64,000 bases of DNA, from the NCBI GenBank assembly GCA_963785235.1, contig CAWAUM010000013.1, positions 32,001-96,000 of the forward strand, read 5' to 3'. The notes under the pieces are model-generated. The model was not told where the DNA came from, did not search any database, and saw nothing but the letters and a program-made list of their open reading frames with translations. Every line of letters starts with the position of its first letter. The stretch's first letter is position 1. This DNA is from an uncultured delta proteobacterium (lineage in GTDB: Bacteria > Desulfobacterota > Desulfomonilia > UBA1062). The translations under genes were made by a program, and so were the position numbers. Shown piece after piece: positions 19,069 through 29,539 of the stretch.

Positions 19069-20619
19069 TCACACCATCTTCGGCCAGGAGGCCAGCAGAC
19101 GTCTGCTCATGCCCCGCTCGCCGTTGCTGCCGCGGGCAAGGGCAAGGGCCTTTATCAGCTCGGTCCTGGTGTCACGCGGGTCAATGACCTTGTCGATGAG
19201 GTTCAGACCGGCTGCCTCCCAGGGCTCGGCCTTGCGGATCATCTCCTTCATGAATGCGGTTTTCATCTCGTCGGCCCCGGGTGCGTCAGAGAAGTTCTGG
19301 CCAAAGGCGGCATTGATGGCCACATCTGCGGCCATGAATGAGATATCTGCAGTGGGCCAGGCGATAATGGAATCCGAGAGCTTCCCGCCCGCCATGTTGT
19401 GATGGGCCATGCCGTAGGACTTGCGGGTTATGAGGCTCACCACAGGCACAGTGGTGAGCTGGAGCGCCTTGATCATGGACATGATCTTCAAGGGCATCTT
19501 CCGCTCTTCTGCTTCCCTGCCCACGAGGAAACCCGGCGTGTCGTGGATGAAGATCATGGGGATGTTGAACGAATCGCACAGGCAGATGAAGGCGATGGCC
19601 TTGTCGCAGGCCCCCGGGCCCATGGCGCCCGCAGTCACCAGAGGGTTGTTGGCGAGCACGCCTACACTGTATCCGTCAAGGCGCGCCAGGCACGTGACCA
19701 GGCTGCCGTCGTAATAGGGCTTGAGCTCCAGGATGCTGTCACAATCGAAGATGAGGTTCAGTGCGTTGTGGATGTCATAGAGGGTCTTGGGGTCTTCCGG
19801 GACCGCCTCGAAGATGGATTCGATCCTTGCCCCTGAAGGATCGTCGCATGGCTTTATGGGCGGAAGCTCGTGGGCATTGCACGGCAGATAACCCAGCAGG
19901 CGGCGTATCAGCCAGAGGCACTCCTCTTCGTTCTCGGCGAACAGGTCCACCTGGCCGGTCACACGGGCATGGACCTCCCAGCCGCCGAGCTCCTCGGCTG
20001 TCGAGTTCTCGCCCGTGGCCACCTCGATGATGCGGGGCGATGTGACCGCCATGATGGCGCCCTTCACCTGTATGACCACATCCGAGATGGAGGCCTCCCA
20101 GGTGGGGCCGCCATAGCATTCGCCCATGATGGACACGATGAACGGCACCTCGCGGTTGTGGGCATCCACGATCTCCATGGCCTTCATGATGCCTGTGGCC
20201 CCCATGGTGTCGGGGATGCGCGCCCCGCCGCCGTCGCCGAGATGGACGCAGGGGAAGCCTTTGGTTGCGGCGTAGTGCAGGTTTTTAATCGCCTTGATGA
20301 CCCCTATGCGCCCGCCTGCCCCGGACATGACCGTTACATCGTCGCCTGAAACGTATACGGTGCGGTTGTCTATCAGGCCGAATCCGCACACCTTCCCGTC
20401 AGCCGGAGTCTTTGCGGCGGCCTCGGGAAGATCACTGTGGCAGAGCACGCCATACTCGTCAAAGGACCCCTTATCCAGGAGCAGGTCGATCCGCTCGCGG
20501 ACTGTAAGCCTTCCCTTGTCGTGCTGCTTCCTTACCTTCTTTTCGCCTCCCATGGCCTTGTTCTTTTCCATGCGGGAGGCAAGCTCGGCTATTTTATATG
20601 GATCGACTGGTTGGCTCAT
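19069..20619 (-). CDS. Acyl-CoA carboxylase, carboxyltransferase subunit
   Basis: GRLTVRERIDLLLD, GGARI, DTPGFLVG, IDPRDTR. Confidence 0.9.
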   Translation of the reverse strand: MSQPVDPYKIAELASRMEKNKAMGGEKKVRKQHDKGRLTVRERIDLLLDKGSFDEYGVLCHSDLPEAAAKTPADGKVCGFGLIDNRTVYVSGDDVTVMSGAGGRIGVIKAIKNLHYAATKGFPCVHLGDGGGARIPDTMGATGIMKAMEIVDAHNREVPFIVSIMGECYGGPTWEASISDVVIQVKGAIMAVTSPRIIEVATGENSTAEELGGWEVHARVTGQVDLFAENEEECLWLIRRLLGYLPCNAHELPPIKPCDDPSGARIESIFEAVPEDPKTLYDIHNALNLIFDCDSILELKPYYDGSLVTCLARLDGYSVGVLANNPLVTAGAMGPGACDKAIAFICLCDSFNIPMIFIHDTPGFLVGREAEERKMPLKIMSMIKALQLTTVPVVSLITRKSYGMAHHNMAGGKLSDSIIAWPTADISFMAADVAINAAFGQNFSDAPGADEMKTAFMKEMIRKAEPWEAAGLNLIDKVIDPRDTRTELIKALALARGSNGERGMSRRLLASWPKMV

Positions 20620-22584
20620 GGGTTGTTCTCCGTATCAATTGCTATGAGTATGGACCCCATCTTCACAAAATCACCCTGCTTCACGAAGATCTCCTTCACC
20701 ACGCCTTGCTCTACAGCAGTAATGATGTTTTCCATCTTCATGGACTCGATGATGATAAGGTCCTGGCCTTTGTTCACTCTCTGGCCCTGTTGCACCGATA
20801 CCAGTGCCACCTTGCCGTCCATGGGCGCCTCGCAGGCCCCCTTTTTATGGTGCTGGAACTCCATTGAATGGAACCGCGACAGATAGGTGAGCTGATGGTG
20901 CCCGAGGCTCAAGGAATGGAGGAACACCGTCTCCTTGTCAAGGGCATAGGAGAACTTGAGCTGCCTGCCATTGATGATGAGGGACATGGAATCAGAGTCC
21001 TTCCCGGCGACAAAGACGTCGTAGGTGTCTTTGTGGATGATAATTGTAAAGCTGTCTCCATCCTTTTTTCTGAAGTTGGCGCAATACTGAATTCCATGCA
21101 TCAGAAAACCTGCAAATTTCAAGGTGTGGTAGCCTGCCTGCCACCCCAGTTCCCGATGGCCTTCCTCGTGGTCGTTGAACCGGGCCACAATGGCGGCCAC
21201 GACGAGCACCCTCGCCTCTTCCTCCCTCAAGGCAGGTCTTTCCATGACAGGGGAGTCCTTGTCGAAAATAGTCGGTCTTGATCTGGCCCTTATGAAATGC
21301 CTCGCCCGTCACAAGGCGCGACAGGAAATCGATGTTGGTCGCCACGCCCAGTGCAGCGGTCTCATGAAGGGCCCGGTTCATCTTCCTGATGGCGTTTGCC
21401 CGGGAATCGGCGTGTGCGATCACCTTTGCCAGGAGGGGGTCGAAATCAATGGTTATCCGCGATGAGGTGGCCACACCACTGTCGGTCCGGGCACTTTTGG
21501 CAGCCTTCCACAGAATCAGATTCCCTGCAGAAGGGACAAAGTTATTATCCGGGTCTTCGGCATAGACCCTGCATTCCATGGCATGGCCGTTTATGGAGAG
21601 ATCCGCCTGGCTCACAGGCAGCGGCTCGCCTTCGGCAATGGCTATCTGCATCTCCACCAGGTCGAGGCCGGTTACGGCCTCGGTCACCGGGTGCTCCACC
21701 TGAAGCCTGGTGTTCATCTCCAGGAAGAAAAACTTTCCGTCATCGTCCAGCACGAACTCCACGGTGCCTGCGTTCGTATAGTTCACGGCTTTTGCTATGG
21801 CGATTGCCGCCTTTCCCATCTTCTTTCTCAAGGGCTCCGTCATGGCAGGAGACGGGGATTCCTCTATGAGCTTCTGATGCCTGCGCTGGACCGAGCACTC
21901 CCGCTCAGGGCAGTGGATGATCTTGCCGTGCAGGTCACCCAGGACCTGGAATTCGATATGCCGTACAGGGCTCAGGTATTTCTCAATGAGCAGGCTGTCA
22001 ATGCCGTACACGGCCAGGGACTTCTTTCGTGCAGCACGCAGCGAACCTTCCAGGAGCGAAGGGGCATCCACCCTGAAGATGCCGATGCCGCCACCGCCTG
22101 CCGAGGCCTTGATGAGGAGCGGATATCCTATGCTTAAAGCCCTTGCGGTGAGTTCCTCCATGGATTCCCCGCCCACCCTGAATCCCGGGATAACGGGAAC
22201 GCCTATCTTCTCGCAGAGTTCACGGGCTGCGATCTTGGAGCCCATAATCCTGATGGATTCCGGCGTTGGTCCGATAAACGTTATGCCCTCTGCGCAGCAG
22301 CGTGAAGCGAATTCAGGATTCTCCGAGAGGAGCCCGTAACCCGGATGGATTGCATCCGCACCGGCATCATGTGCCGCCTGGATGATCCTGTCCTGGTCAA
22401 GGTAGGCCCCGATCCCTGCCTCGCCCAGACAGATCGCCTCGTCCGCCATGTTCATGAACACGCTGCCCCGGTCAATCTGTGAATACACGGCAACGGTTGC
22501 AATCCCCAGTTTCCGGCAAGTCTTTATCACCCTGCAGGCTATTTCTCCGCGATTTGCGATCAACAGGCACTTTATCTTTTTCAT
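20616..22584 (-). CDS. Acyl-CoA carboxylase, biotin carboxylase + biotin carrier subunit (frameshift ~21265)
   Basis: IANRGEIA, HPGYG, RECSVQRRHQK and EMNTRLQVEH in one frame; ESMKME biotinylation motif in the next. Confidence 0.9.
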
Positions 22585-22912
22585 AGTTGCGACCGGGCCT
22601 CATGAATGTTCATATGTTATGATTTATTTCACTAAAAAATTATCACGAAACCACTATGGCTAAAAGACAAAAATCGTTTGACTGCTGCATTTATTTCATT
22701 ATGTGCAGAAAGAATTGATCCTTTTCATCGAGAACCATTGTTAAAGCGAGTCGTAAAGGCAGCTACTATATAGATCCCTCCAAGTTGCCGGTTATATTTT
22801 ACATTTTCTCCCTTGAATTTCGGCACCCAATCCTTACATTGAATTTGCTTATTGTACAGACCATGAACCATGAACGTCAGGAGGTTTGCTTTGATCAGCT
22901 GTAAATAATCGT

Positions 22913-22944
22913 TGTCAAGGGGACATTTCTAACGAGTCTTGACA
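22913..22944. mobile_element. Isolated IS-end-like sequence (IS481/ISNCY-type)
   Basis: TGTCAAGGGGACATTTCTAACGAGTCTTGACA with TGTCAAG/CTTGACA termini; no transposase adjacent. Confidence 0.45.
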
Positions 22945-23087
22945 TGTGTAGGGCTTTGGTCTTAAAATATGACTACGTCGCTTTATATTTAATGTCATGG
23001 CTCATCCATCCCTTGAGATTTTCATGGCAACCAGAGAGCTCTTCCTATTTGTAAAATGTAGATATGTTGGCAGGGAAATATTGAGAA

Positions 23088-23145
23088 TCCCGAACAATAG
23101 CATCCACCGGACGGCTTACAGTCGCCGGTAATCTACACGTTATGT
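23088..23145 (+). mobile_element. Integron attC site (slightly degenerate)
   Basis: CCCGAAC-AATA-GCATCCACCGGACGGCTTACAGTCGCCGGTAAT-CTACAC-GTTATGT; 17 bp identical to the attC at 1935. Confidence 0.7.
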
Positions 23146-23232
23146 TTACGGAAACAGGAGTTGCCATGGAATTTTTCGTGAGGTACCGGTACCCGATAGG
23201 TGACTGAACCGTAAGCTGCGACGGAGATCATC

Positions 23233-23715
23233 ATGTCAATTAGAAGCGTGCTGTTCGTACTGCTTGCCTTTGGAGTGCTTCTATTTGGTGGCTGCGCCAG
23301 CCTTCGGTACCCCGAACCCATTGACGTAATCATGGCGGGAGTTGAGCCGCTTCAAAGTCAGGGATTGGAGTTGCGAATGCTGGTCAAGCTGCGAATTCAA
23401 AATCCCAATGACTTGCCGCTGGACTTCAACGGTGTGTCAGTCCAGATGGATGTGCAAGGCAAGCGCTTCGCTACTGGCGTTAGCGACGCTGTTGGCAGCG
23501 TACCGCGCTTCGGTGAGACGATCGTTAGCGTCCCGGTGAGTATTTCGGTGTTCCGCATCGTGCACCAGGCCATGGACGTCATGACCAACGAATACCGCGG
23601 GAAGCTTGAGTATGAGATGACCGGGAGACTCGCAGGACCGGCGTTCAATAGCGTGCGTTTCAAGTCGAAGGGGGAGTTTACGCTGCCTGCGGAACTCTTC
23701 GGGAGTGGCAAGTGA
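23233..23715 (+). CDS. LEA type 2 / WHy domain lipoprotein
   Basis: Lipobox FGGC, LRIQNPND, VPRFGET. Confidence 0.9.
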   Translation: MSIRSVLFVLLAFGVLLFGGCASLRYPEPIDVIMAGVEPLQSQGLELRMLVKLRIQNPNDLPLDFNGVSVQMDVQGKRFATGVSDAVGSVPRFGETIVSVPVSISVFRIVHQAMDVMTNEYRGKLEYEMTGRLAGPAFNSVRFKSKGEFTLPAELFGSGK

Positions 23716-24034
23716 GCCGGCGTTTCTGCAATGAGCTACGAAAAGCTGTATGGGTGTCACACTCTCTAGTCTTAGCAGGTCACCATGTCCAGCATAGGTT
23801 TCAGTTCAAATCCTTCAGTTTTCAAGAATCCTGAAACAGTGAAGATATGGCAGGATATCATGGGTTAATATACAATTATTGGGAATAGCAATTGAGCGGA
23901 AATATCTATGATTCTGCATCAATTCTTTAGTTATTTTAAAAATATAGCCACAAGGTCTGTCTGAATGATATGTTGAGATCTCCTACAATCTTAGCTTGCA
24001 TTTTTTCCCTTAATCAAATTATTCTATTGATATC

Positions 24035-25905
24035 ATGCACATAACAAAATCCCTATCAAATCTAATTTCCAGACTTCAAAACTCAAAGTCAATATCCGGG
24101 ATTAACACATCCGAATCTAGAAAGATGTCTTTCCATGTCCTCATACAGGAGAATTCGTTTATCTTTTCTTTTATTTTCACAGGTATGTTGCTTTCTATAA
24201 TTTTATCGATTCTTCCTGTACATTATGAAACTAACGACGAATTCAGAATGATAACCATTCTGAGTGGAAATGGCGGATTCCCTGCTAGCCCCTATGTCCC
24301 ATATCTCAACCCAATACTAAGTTATGTTTTACATATTCTTTACAGAGTAAAACCATACTTTCCATGGTTTGGTGTATTCTTCTATGTCGTTTACTACTTA
24401 GGTTGGACTTTGATCTTGAGTGTCATATTCAGAACGAATGACAGATACAGTTTTATTTTAACAATTCCTATCCTTTTTTATTTTTTCTTTTTTCATTCTT
24501 CATATGTAAGTTTTACCTCGGCTTCTCTCTTTATGTCTTTCGGGGTTTTTCTCTGCACAATCGAATATTTCATCAGGAATGAAGCCCCGATAAAGAATAT
24601 CAGGATTTATTTTATATTCCTGGCTGTTTGTTTCTATCTTTCGTTCCTTCTTCGATGGGAATTGGTCCTCTATTCGCTTCTCCTTTTCTTACCCGCCGTC
24701 GTTTTCATAAAGAAAGGACGGTAATAAAAGTTCTCCCTATTCTTCTCCTGCTAGGCTTAGTGATATGTTTGAATATAGCATTTAACCACTTTATTAATTT
24801 ATCTCATCAGACATATCATGAATTCGACAAGCTGAGAATTGAGTTTCATGATACTCACAGAGGAGATTTTCATGATCGAATCACACCATATGCTCTCCAG
24901 AAAGCAGGATGGACATATAAAGATTACATAGCTTTCAGAGGCCTTTGGTTTATGCATGATAATTATACCTTCAACACAACGAATTTGAAAACATTTCTCA
25001 TAGAGAATAATCCTCGAAAAAACAGCTAAAGCTTATTTAGACAATATCATCCGCCAAGTAATAAAAAGTTATAATCGAAATAAGAATAAATCTATCTTAT
25101 TAGTAGTCTCTTTATTATCAATTCTTATTTATAGATCAACATACCTATTGCGACTCGATAAAGTTGATTTGTTAAAAATTGCAGTCTCTATAGGGACAAT
25201 TATATTAAGCGTACTGTTCTTTATGTATTATCGATTTATGCCGAGGGTTTATGGCCCACTTTATGTCTATTTGATCAGCATGTCGTATTTATTATTCAGC
25301 ATTGGAAAAGGCTCCGAACATAAAGTTATCCAGAATAACTGGATGAAATATCTTACTATTATTGTTGCAGGATCTTTAATGGCATATGCTATACTTATTG
25401 TACGTCAAGAAGTTGTTACTAATGTTCATGATCTTGACCAGTCCGCGAAATTCAGGACCGCAATCAATCAAGCTTTAACCGCATTGAAACTATTAATACT
25501 GCGTCACATCCTTTTATCATACTAATATGTGGTATTCCCTATGGCCTTCGCACTGACTTCATCCATCCTTTAATGGAATATAGAGATTTCCCCCGTATGA
25601 GAATTTTCCCAAATGGATGGTCAATATATTCGCCATATCATAAGATGGCACTAAAAAATCTTCACCTCCGCGATGGTCATGATTTTCTTAAGTGGCTTGT
25701 TGACCGAAAAGATGTGCTCTTAATGATCAATGCTTTTAATATAACCCAGGCAAATCAAGTTAACAAAATTGTATTTTTATTGAAATCTTACTACCTCAGC
25801 CATATATATCCCGGTATGAAACTGGATTTCATTCCTGTCTATGATTTTAGAAACAAGGAAGGATTGGGTCTAGTCTTTTTCCGATTAAAATCCGACCACG
25901 ATTGA
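24035..25905 (+). CDS. AT-rich polytopic membrane protein, possibly GT-C-like (split into 4 ORFs)
   Basis: Colinear ORFs 24035..24724, 24628..25029, 25148..25525 and 25573..25905; YETNDE loop after the first TM; many TM segments. Confidence 0.55.
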
Positions 25906-25951
25906 TAAAACATCATGTAGATCATATTTTGTGTTTCATTAAGAACTGAGA

Positions 25952-26026
25952 CTAATCACTATCCAGCACCCGCCGGACCGTCTCGGCCAGGATCTTCAAA
26001 CTTGCCGGCTTCATGATGCATTCCAT
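25952..26026 (-). pseudogene. C-terminal remnant of a receiver domain
   Basis: ECIMKPASLKILAETVRRVLDSD*, similar to the end of the kinase at 31041 (FVMKPIEMKVLAKTIRRVLDG). Confidence 0.55.
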
Positions 26027-26517
26027 TAGGGGTCACTATAGAAGATTGATCCACAGCAGCTGGTTTCCAATCTATAATGAATTGGGTAAGGTTACCAGAA
26101 TTGCTATTCACACGCTTGACATCACTGAATTAAAACAGACCTTTTTCAAAAGCAAGTTGTGACAAAATAATAAATCTCCATGATATATAATAAATAAGTT
26201 GCTGATCTTAAGATCGCAAACTGTAGAGTTCCTGCCGAACTCAATATTTTGCCGCTACTGAATATTTGTAATAATAACCATCACTATTTGACTTCCCCCT
26301 CACGCTTTTCATTCATTCAAACTAAAAGCCTGTGCTTGTTCTAAAAATTAAGTTTGCTTTACCCGGATGAGTCTTTATATAGAGCCAGGTCTCATCATGA
26401 AGCCTTGCCCGTAACAATTTGATGATTATAATACTTTTGACTACTGGTTGCAAACCGACGGTCTGCACTTGGTAGGGCGAATATTGGGGTTACCCCCCCC
26501 ATGGGAGATCTTGTCAG

Positions 26518-27726
26518 ATGAAGTATATCCATGCTTTTAATAACTTGGTGGAGAAGAAAAAGATCTATCCTGATTTCCCCGTTATTGACGGCGGGGCAAG
26601 CCCTGAAGTTGTTGTGAATGGAAAAAGGTTATTGATGTTCTCTTCCAATAATTACCTGGGTCTTACATCCCATCCCAGAATAAGGAGCGGCCCATGAGGC
26701 TATTGAAAAATACGGGACAGGTTCGGGGGGTTCCCGCCTCCTATCCGGAAACCTCAAAATCCATGAAGAGGCAGAACGAAAAATTGCCGCCTTTAAGGGC
26801 GGAGAGGCTGCCATTATCTTCCCCACGGGTTATTCAGCGAATGTCGGTGCCATCTCAGGGTTCCTCGACCTGCTGAAGATTTCTCCCCGTTATTTCTTCA
26901 TGAGAAGATGCATGGTTTTTTCCGACGACTTGAATCATGCAAGCATTATTGACGGGTGCAGATTGAGCGGGGCAAAGACCGTGGTGTATCCTCACAAGGA
27001 TATGGATGTTCTGGAAGCAAAGCTGAAACGCCATCGCGCCGGCGCAAGCTTATCATAACCGACGGTGTCTTCAGCATGGATGGTGATATCGCCCCCCTTG
27101 ATCAGATAGCATACCTGGCGAAAAAATATGATGCGGTCACCATGGTGGATGAAGCCCATGCCACAGGCATTCTCGGGACTCATGGACACGGTACTATTGA
27201 GCATTTCCACCCGAAGCCCTTGAAGGACATTGCCATCATAATGGGGACTTTCAGCAAATCCGTCGGAGCCGTGGGCGGGTATGTCGTAGGATCACATGAC
27301 CTGATACATTATCTCAGGGTAGCTTCCCGGTCGTATATGTTCTCGGCAGCCATGCCCCCGGCCACTGCTGCAACCATTATTGCCGCAATCGATCTCATGG
27401 AAAGCGACCCGACCTTAAGGACGAAGTTATGGGAGAATACCAACCATTTGAAGGAAGGGTTTAACGATCTGGGATTCAATACCTTTTCCAGCGAGACCCA
27501 GATCATCCCCATACTGATCGGCAAAGACGATAAAGGGGTGGAATTCTCCCGGCGCCTGGTTGACTACGGGATATACGGGCCATGCGTCAGATGGCCTGCG
27601 GTAACAAGAAACCAGTCCAGGATCAGATTTACCGTAATGGCCTCCCACACCAGGGAGCAGATCGATTATCTTCTTGATTGCTGCAGGTCTTTAGGGAGTA
27701 AGATGAACGTGTCTATGGGGAAATGA
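26518..27726 (+). CDS. Alpha-oxoamine synthase, serine palmitoyltransferase-like (frameshifts ~26685 and ~27038)
   Basis: SNNYLGL, GSGGSRLLSG, NHASIIDG, DGVFSMDGD, DEAH and PLP-Lys motif GTFSKS. Confidence 0.8.
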
Positions 27727-28550
27727 AAATGAAGGATTTTCTTGATAAAAACGTCTATATTACCGGCGGATCTACCGGTATCGGTCTTTCCACTGCCAAG
27801 CTCCTGGCGGCAGCGGGGGCCAACGTCATCATCTCCGCCCGGACAAAAGAAAAACTTGAAACAGCCATGGAAGAGATCGAGAGCCGCCGCATCTTACAGG
27901 CGCAGCGTTTCGCCTTCCGTCAACTCGACGTGGCGGACAATACAGAAGTGAACATTGTCATGACTGAGGCTGTTCAAAACTTCGGCATCCCGGACCTCCT
28001 CATTAATAATGCCGGGCGGGCCCTGCCACGCTGTTTCGAGGAAGTCACCTTCGCGCAGTTCGACGAGACCATGAAGACCAACCTCTACGGCAGCTGGAAT
28101 ACCACCACGGTCCTCATCCCGTACATGAAGCCCGGGGGCGGAGCAATCGTCAATGTGTCCTCCCTGTGCGGCTTCATGGGGGTCTTCGGCTATACGGACT
28201 ATTGTGCCTCGAAATTCGGCATCATCGGCCTCTCGGAGGCGCTCAGGCAGGAACTGCGGCGCTACGATATCACGGTTTCCGTACTCTGCCCTCCCGATAC
28301 CGACACACCGGGATACGCCACAGAAAACATCTGTAAACCTGAGGTGACCAGGGCGCTTTCGGCCGCAGCCAAGATCATGCAGCCGGATGAAGTTGCCAGG
28401 GAGCTTGATCGAGGGATCAAACGCAAGACCTTCATCATTATCCCCGGTGTGGACGGAAAATTCATCTATTTCATGAAGCGGCACTTCCCCTTCATCGTGG
28501 AGCTGATTATGCGTCGGGGTATCTGCAAGGTACAGAAGGGGAGCGTATAG
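27723..28550 (+). CDS. 3-ketodihydrosphingosine reductase-like SDR
   Basis: TGGSTGIG, GVFGYTDYCASK and PPDTDTPGYATENICKP (KDSR-type signature); overlaps the upstream stop codon. Confidence 0.8.
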   Translation: MKMKDFLDKNVYITGGSTGIGLSTAKLLAAAGANVIISARTKEKLETAMEEIESRRILQAQRFAFRQLDVADNTEVNIVMTEAVQNFGIPDLLINNAGRALPRCFEEVTFAQFDETMKTNLYGSWNTTTVLIPYMKPGGGAIVNVSSLCGFMGVFGYTDYCASKFGIIGLSEALRQELRRYDITVSVLCPPDTDTPGYATENICKPEVTRALSAAAKIMQPDEVARELDRGIKRKTFIIIPGVDGKFIYFMKRHFPFIVELIMRRGICKVQKGSV

Positions 28551-28561
28551 CCAGTTCAACA

Positions 28562-29488
28562 ATGAAGGCATGTAATCCTGAAAAGTTACTGAGTCTTGAA
28601 GAAGGTCTCACCATCGGCATGGCCGTGCTGTGCAATCTCATCATCCTTCTTTTCATGCACCTGGGGCAGGCACAAGACATCTTTGTGCTGAACATGCTCA
28701 TCACGGCGGTCATCCTCCTGGTAGCTTGTGTCCACCGGCGTTTTCCCCACACATGGCTGCAGTTTTTCCGGGACTGGTATGTGGTTTCTTTTCTGATCAT
28801 CATCTATCTGGAGAATCGCACACTCATCCCTCTCATCAACCCCCATGAACTGGACAGCCTCGTCATGGCCGTGGACCGGTTTCTTTTTGGCGGGCACGAC
28901 CCCACAGTCCTCATGGAAAGAATAATGTACCCTGCCCTTTCGGAAATACTGCAGATATCCTATGCGAGCTTCTATTTTCTTCCGCTCTCACTGTGTGTGA
29001 TCCTCTATTCCCTCAGGGAGGCCAGGGATGACTTTCATGTTGTGGCATCCACCATATTCATGGGATTCTATCTCTCCTACATCGGGTATTACTTCACCCC
29101 GGTCCTCGGGCCGAGATTCACCATGGAACACCTGCAAAGCGTTCCCCTGAGAGGATTGTGGACCTTTGACTTTCTCAGAAACCTACTGGCACAGACTGAA
29201 GGAAGGATGTACGACTGCATGCCGAGCGGACACGCCCTCGTCTCTGTTCTCACCGTGCTTCTGTCCTGGCGATACGCCAAGAGATTTTTTCCTGTTGCCC
29301 TTGCCTGGACAGTTCTCCTGAGCTTCTCAACGGTGTACCTGCGCTATCACTATGTGAGCGACCTCATTGCAGGCATGGCGCTGGGTGTGCTGGTGTTCCA
29401 GTTCGGCCCCGGCCTCGCGGAGGCAACCATGCGCGGCACAGAGAAAGAACAGGGGATACCTGAATCGATGCAGCTCAGGAAGGAGTAA
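28562..29488 (+). CDS. PAP2-superfamily membrane protein, Aur1/IPC-synthase-like
   Basis: PVLGPR, CMPSGH and YLRYHYVSD motifs; multiple TMs. Confidence 0.75.
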   Translation: MKACNPEKLLSLEEGLTIGMAVLCNLIILLFMHLGQAQDIFVLNMLITAVILLVACVHRRFPHTWLQFFRDWYVVSFLIIIYLENRTLIPLINPHELDSLVMAVDRFLFGGHDPTVLMERIMYPALSEILQISYASFYFLPLSLCVILYSLREARDDFHVVASTIFMGFYLSYIGYYFTPVLGPRFTMEHLQSVPLRGLWTFDFLRNLLAQTEGRMYDCMPSGHALVSVLTVLLSWRYAKRFFPVALAWTVLLSFSTVYLRYHYVSDLIAGMALGVLVFQFGPGLAEATMRGTEKEQGIPESMQLRKE

Positions 29489-29539
29489 CCGGGGTGTTCC
29501 GGTTAGACGAAAGGCCCCTGGTAGCTCCGGCACGTCTTA

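Noticed and set aside
26518-27726. Annotation as biotin synthesis BioF
   Set aside because: No bio genes are nearby. The GTFSKS motif and the KDSR/PAP2/bCerS-like neighbours favour SPT, though BioF is not formally excluded.
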